A stretch of DNA of 63,945 bases, the filler included, from an uncultured bacterium (GTDB taxonomy: Bacteria; Auribacterota; CAZIXI01): assembly GCA_964543115.1 (NCBI GenBank). It is 3 parts of 3 records of this genome, joined end to end, with 100 filler letters (N's around TTAATTAATTAA, not from the genome) between each part and the next. Parts side by side here need not be neighbours in the genome. Positions count along the whole stretch, not along the records: positions 56,576 to 63,945 come from CAZIXI010000173.1; 2 more parts are not named here. One strand, given 5' to 3'. The notes beneath the pieces were generated by a model. It ran no database searches, was not told the origin of the DNA, and saw only the letters and a program-made list of their open reading frames with translations. The position numbers and the translations under genes were made by a program. Shown piece after piece: positions 61,174 through 63,945 of this stretch. The stretch's first letter is position 1. Every line of letters starts with the position of its first letter.

Positions 61174-61447
61174 ATTTTCCTCCCCCTTTTGTTTTTCGTT
61201 TTCTTTTGCCTGTGTATGCCTATAAAGCAAGCCGTATACCAACTTGTTAAATCATCTATGTTATTGCTAAGTATATCGTTATATGTTTGTCGTATTTTTT
61301 ATCGCTTTTGAATTTCTATGATTTTTACCTCTTTTCAGGTAATATTTTCTACAATTATGGCAACTAACAAAAACATTGCCTCGTCCCCTTAAAAATTGTA
61401 TACTAGTAGGATTATAATATCCTAAGATGTAATGATTTAACTGACAT

Positions 61448-63945
61448 ATGAGAATATTCAAAAATCTGCTCTATTTTTTGCTAACAATACTGATTTCAAT
61501 TCCTTTTTCAACTATTGGCTCTACTACAGAACTGACAGAAACGTTTGTTATTGTAGTAGAAGGCGAAGTCATCTGTTTCGATATCCCGCAGGAATACCAC
61601 GGACTGATCTACAAAAAAGAAACACAGGTTGGCAGATTCGCGGAAAGAAGCAGCGGCTATTCCGGCTGGGCGGAAGTTAAGGGACAAAGAAATCCCTGCT
61701 ACATCCCGGAAAAACACCGCCATCAAATCATGGATAGGTTACAACCCGGCGCCTTTGTGCTTCTGGTGAGAAACTTCCGGCAGACCTATAAAACTGAATG
61801 GGATATTGTGGCCCTGGGCACCGTAGTCACAGAAGGCAATCAATATACTGAAGGAATTACTGCCGCAACAGAAGCAACAGCCATCGAGTTTACTCCACCG
61901 GAAGAGCCGGAGGAAATGGAAGAAGCCACAAAGGAAGAAGGAGAAGGTTCGGACACCCCGCCCCCTACACCGCCAGAGCCCGTAACCCCACCGCCGGAAC
62001 CGGAACCGCCGCCAGATCCCAGAGCACCAACAGCCGCTGTTTCCGCTACTCCCACTGACGGCGCGGCGCCATTAACCGTTAATTTTGACGCCAGCGGCAG
62101 CACCGATCCGGATGGTTCTATTTCTTCCTACAGTTGGGATTTCGGCGACGGCAATACGGGAACCGGGGTTACTGTTTCCAATACCTACACGAGTTCGGGA
62201 ACATATACGGCAATAGTAACGGTTACTGACGATCAGAGTCTCAATGATACCGCTTCGATAAGCATATTAGTCGGACAGCATTATTATGTTGATCCATCAA
62301 ACGGTAATAATGCCAATGACGGGTCAAGCGGTACTCCCTGGCGCACAATAACCTATGCCCTGGCCAATGCTGACTCTTCGGTAAGCACCACCATCTTCCT
62401 CTCTCCCGGCGCCACTTTCAGCAGTGAAGAGACATTCCCCCTGAATATGACCGATGGCTTTACTCTACGCAGTTCCGATACCACCAATAACAGTATCATT
62501 TCCGGCGACGGCGCCAACAGTGTCTTTTTATGCAACGGAATCACGGCAACACTCAGTTACCTGACCATCCAGAACGGTCAATTTTTACAGGGCGGCGGAA
62601 TATCAATCGTTAATAATTCCACAATCACACTCACACAATGTACGATCCAAAACAATACTGCCACTTTCGCCGGTGGCGGAATTTCTTGTGATGAAAGCAG
62701 AATCACCCTGACCGATTGCACAATATTCAACAATACGGCCACAAATAACAGCGGCGGTGGAATGTGGACGGCTGATAGTACAGTAATTATCTCCGGCGGT
62801 GAGTTTGACAATAATCACGCCCCAAACAACTACGGCGGCGGCCTGGATTGGACCGGAACAGGGACAGGCAATCTTATTATTAGTTTGAATACCACTACAT
62901 CAGATAATCCAGTATTCAGAAATAACACCGCACTTGAAGGGGGAGGCATCGCCCTGCGCAACACAGGCGCAACAGCAAGTATCGCACAATGCTCTTTTGA
63001 TACAAATACCGCAACAAACAACGGCGGCGCAATAAATGTGTTCGGCAATCATAGCGTAACCATTAATAACTGTTTGATAATGAATAACAGCGCCAACAAC
63101 GGAGGCGGCATATCAATAAATTCTATAGCTTATCTCATCCAAAACAATACGATCGCCAATAACTCCGCTTCCGGAAACGGCGGCGGAATAATCTATAACG
63201 GCGGCAGCGCAGGTAATACTATTATCGAAAGTAATATTTTTACCGGAAACACCAATTACGCTCTTTTTGACGGGATAGGAACTACCGCCTATCCCCAAAT
63301 CCCTGTTAACTGCATTTGGAACAACCCTGCCCCGCAAGTAAGCGTAAATGGAGTTGATTACAATACCGCCGCCGCGCTTAATGTCGGTCCCGTTAATGCC
63401 GCGGATAATGTTGGCGTAGATCCGGTATTTAAAGGAACGGGCACAAACCTCTTTAGCCTGTCCGCCGGTTCACCTACCGGTACTGCCGGTGTGGTTGATA
63501 ATTCCAATGTAATTAATGCTCCCAGCACCGATTACCGCGGCCAGGCCCGCCCGGGCAATCCCAATGATGATATCGGCTGCTACGAATACGTTACCGGTGA
63601 TCCGCCGATAACCGGCCGGGTATATGACGCGGTTACGGGAGAAAACATAAGCGGCCCGGTAGTGGCGATATTTAACGCCACCACCAACGCGCAGGTATCC
63701 GTAACCACAGATAATCCCTATACCTTTAATGTCATTCCCGGAAGATACTACATAGCGGTAGCCAAAGACGGTTATGGCTTCCCCTCGGAAATAGCCGCCA
63801 GCGCTACTTCCGGAGATCACGGCGATTTTTTTGACGCGTTTAACGATGCCTTAACTATAGATATCCCGCTTGATCCGGACGGCTGGCTGTACATAGAGAA
63901 ACAGGCAAACAAAAAACGCGCGGAACTTGGCGAAATAGTCACCTA
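61448..63945 (+). CDS. Large secreted surface protein (3'-partial; absent from the ORF track): Pro-rich linker, PKD domain, beta-helix with GGG(I/A) repeats, choice-of-anchor-Q-like motif, carboxypeptidase-regulatory-like and DUF11-like domains
   Basis: Manual translation gives about 832 codons with no stop seen: MRIFKNLLYFLLTIL...; FDASGSTDPDGSISSYSWDFGDG (PKD); YYVDPSNGNNANDGS..PWRTITYAL; NTATNNGGAI; DYRGQARP...DIGCYE; IEKQANKKRAELGEIVT. Confidence 0.85.
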   Translation, partial: MRIFKNLLYFLLTILISIPFSTIGSTTELTETFVIVVEGEVICFDIPQEYHGLIYKKETQVGRFAERSSGYSGWAEVKGQRNPCYIPEKHRHQIMDRLQPGAFVLLVRNFRQTYKTEWDIVALGTVVTEGNQYTEGITAATEATAIEFTPPEEPEEMEEATKEEGEGSDTPPPTPPEPVTPPPEPEPPPDPRAPTAAVSATPTDGAAPLTVNFDASGSTDPDGSISSYSWDFGDGNTGTGVTVSNTYTSSGTYTAIVTVTDDQSLNDTASISILVGQHYYVDPSNGNNANDGSSGTPWRTITYALANADSSVSTTIFLSPGATFSSEETFPLNMTDGFTLRSSDTTNNSIISGDGANSVFLCNGITATLSYLTIQNGQFLQGGGISIVNNSTITLTQCTIQNNTATFAGGGISCDESRITLTDCTIFNNTATNNSGGGMWTADSTVIISGGEFDNNHAPNNYGGGLDWTGTGTGNLIISLNTTTSDNPVFRNNTALEGGGIALRNTGATASIAQCSFDTNTATNNGGAINVFGNHSVTINNCLIMNNSANNGGGISINSIAYLIQNNTIANNSASGNGGGIIYNGGSAGNTIIESNIFTGNTNYALFDGIGTTAYPQIPVNCIWNNPAPQVSVNGVDYNTAAALNVGPVNAADNVGVDPVFKGTGTNLFSLSAGSPTGTAGVVDNSNVINAPSTDYRGQARPGNPNDDIGCYEYVTGDPPITGRVYDAVTGENISGPVVAIFNATTNAQVSVTTDNPYTFNVIPGRYYIAVAKDGYGFPSEIAASATSGDHGDFFDAFNDALTIDIPLDPDGWLYIEKQANKKRAELGEIVT

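Noticed and set aside
60063..63820. ORFs 60063-60779 (+) and the 61508-63820 minus-strand fragments
   Set aside because: Opposite to well-supported coding frames (four-repeat protein; ORF from 61448).
1..63945. rRNA, tRNA, riboswitch or intron
   Set aside because: Nearly all sequence is coding; the short intergenic gaps show no cloverleaf or recognisable structured-RNA motif by eye (a covariance-model search was not run).

Overview
Bacterial draft-genome window made of three contigs joined by artificial 100-nt spacers (N44-TTAATTAATTAA-N44 at 28363-28462 and 56476-56575), so adjacency across the joins is not evidence of synteny. Gene content (Akkermansia Amuc_1098-1102-type pilus cluster, giant multi-domain exported proteins) suggests a PVC-superphylum organism, plausibly Omnitrophota-like (inference). 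Contig 1 (1-28362): a CHASE2/degenerate-GGDEF/histidine kinase, a FecR protein, a sigma54 activator, and a divergent near-consensus sigma54 promoter ahead of three co-oriented signal-peptide genes (2839 aa, 993 aa, and about 3880 aa, truncated). These carry modular cargo: a RelA/SpoT-type HD hydrolase, a RelA/SpoT synthetase, several protease-like domains, FHA, and 15 excisionase-like HTH repeats of about 117 aa. The 2839-aa protein is punctuated by a recurring DAHD(A/G)G(V/I)D motif between modules. Contig 2 (28463-56475, minus strand): the C-terminal part of another giant protein (about 21 WD40 blades, a GHKL ATPase with two internal blocks in swapped order, HExxH), then ilvB-ilvN-ilvC-leuA-aroE-pilT-pilB-pilC, the Amuc-like pilus genes, two paralogous secretins and polA. 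Contig 3: surface/secreted proteins, including a long ORF absent from the ORF track (61448 to window end). No rRNA, tRNA, CRISPR array or transposase was seen. All domain calls come from motifs read by eye; no database search was run.
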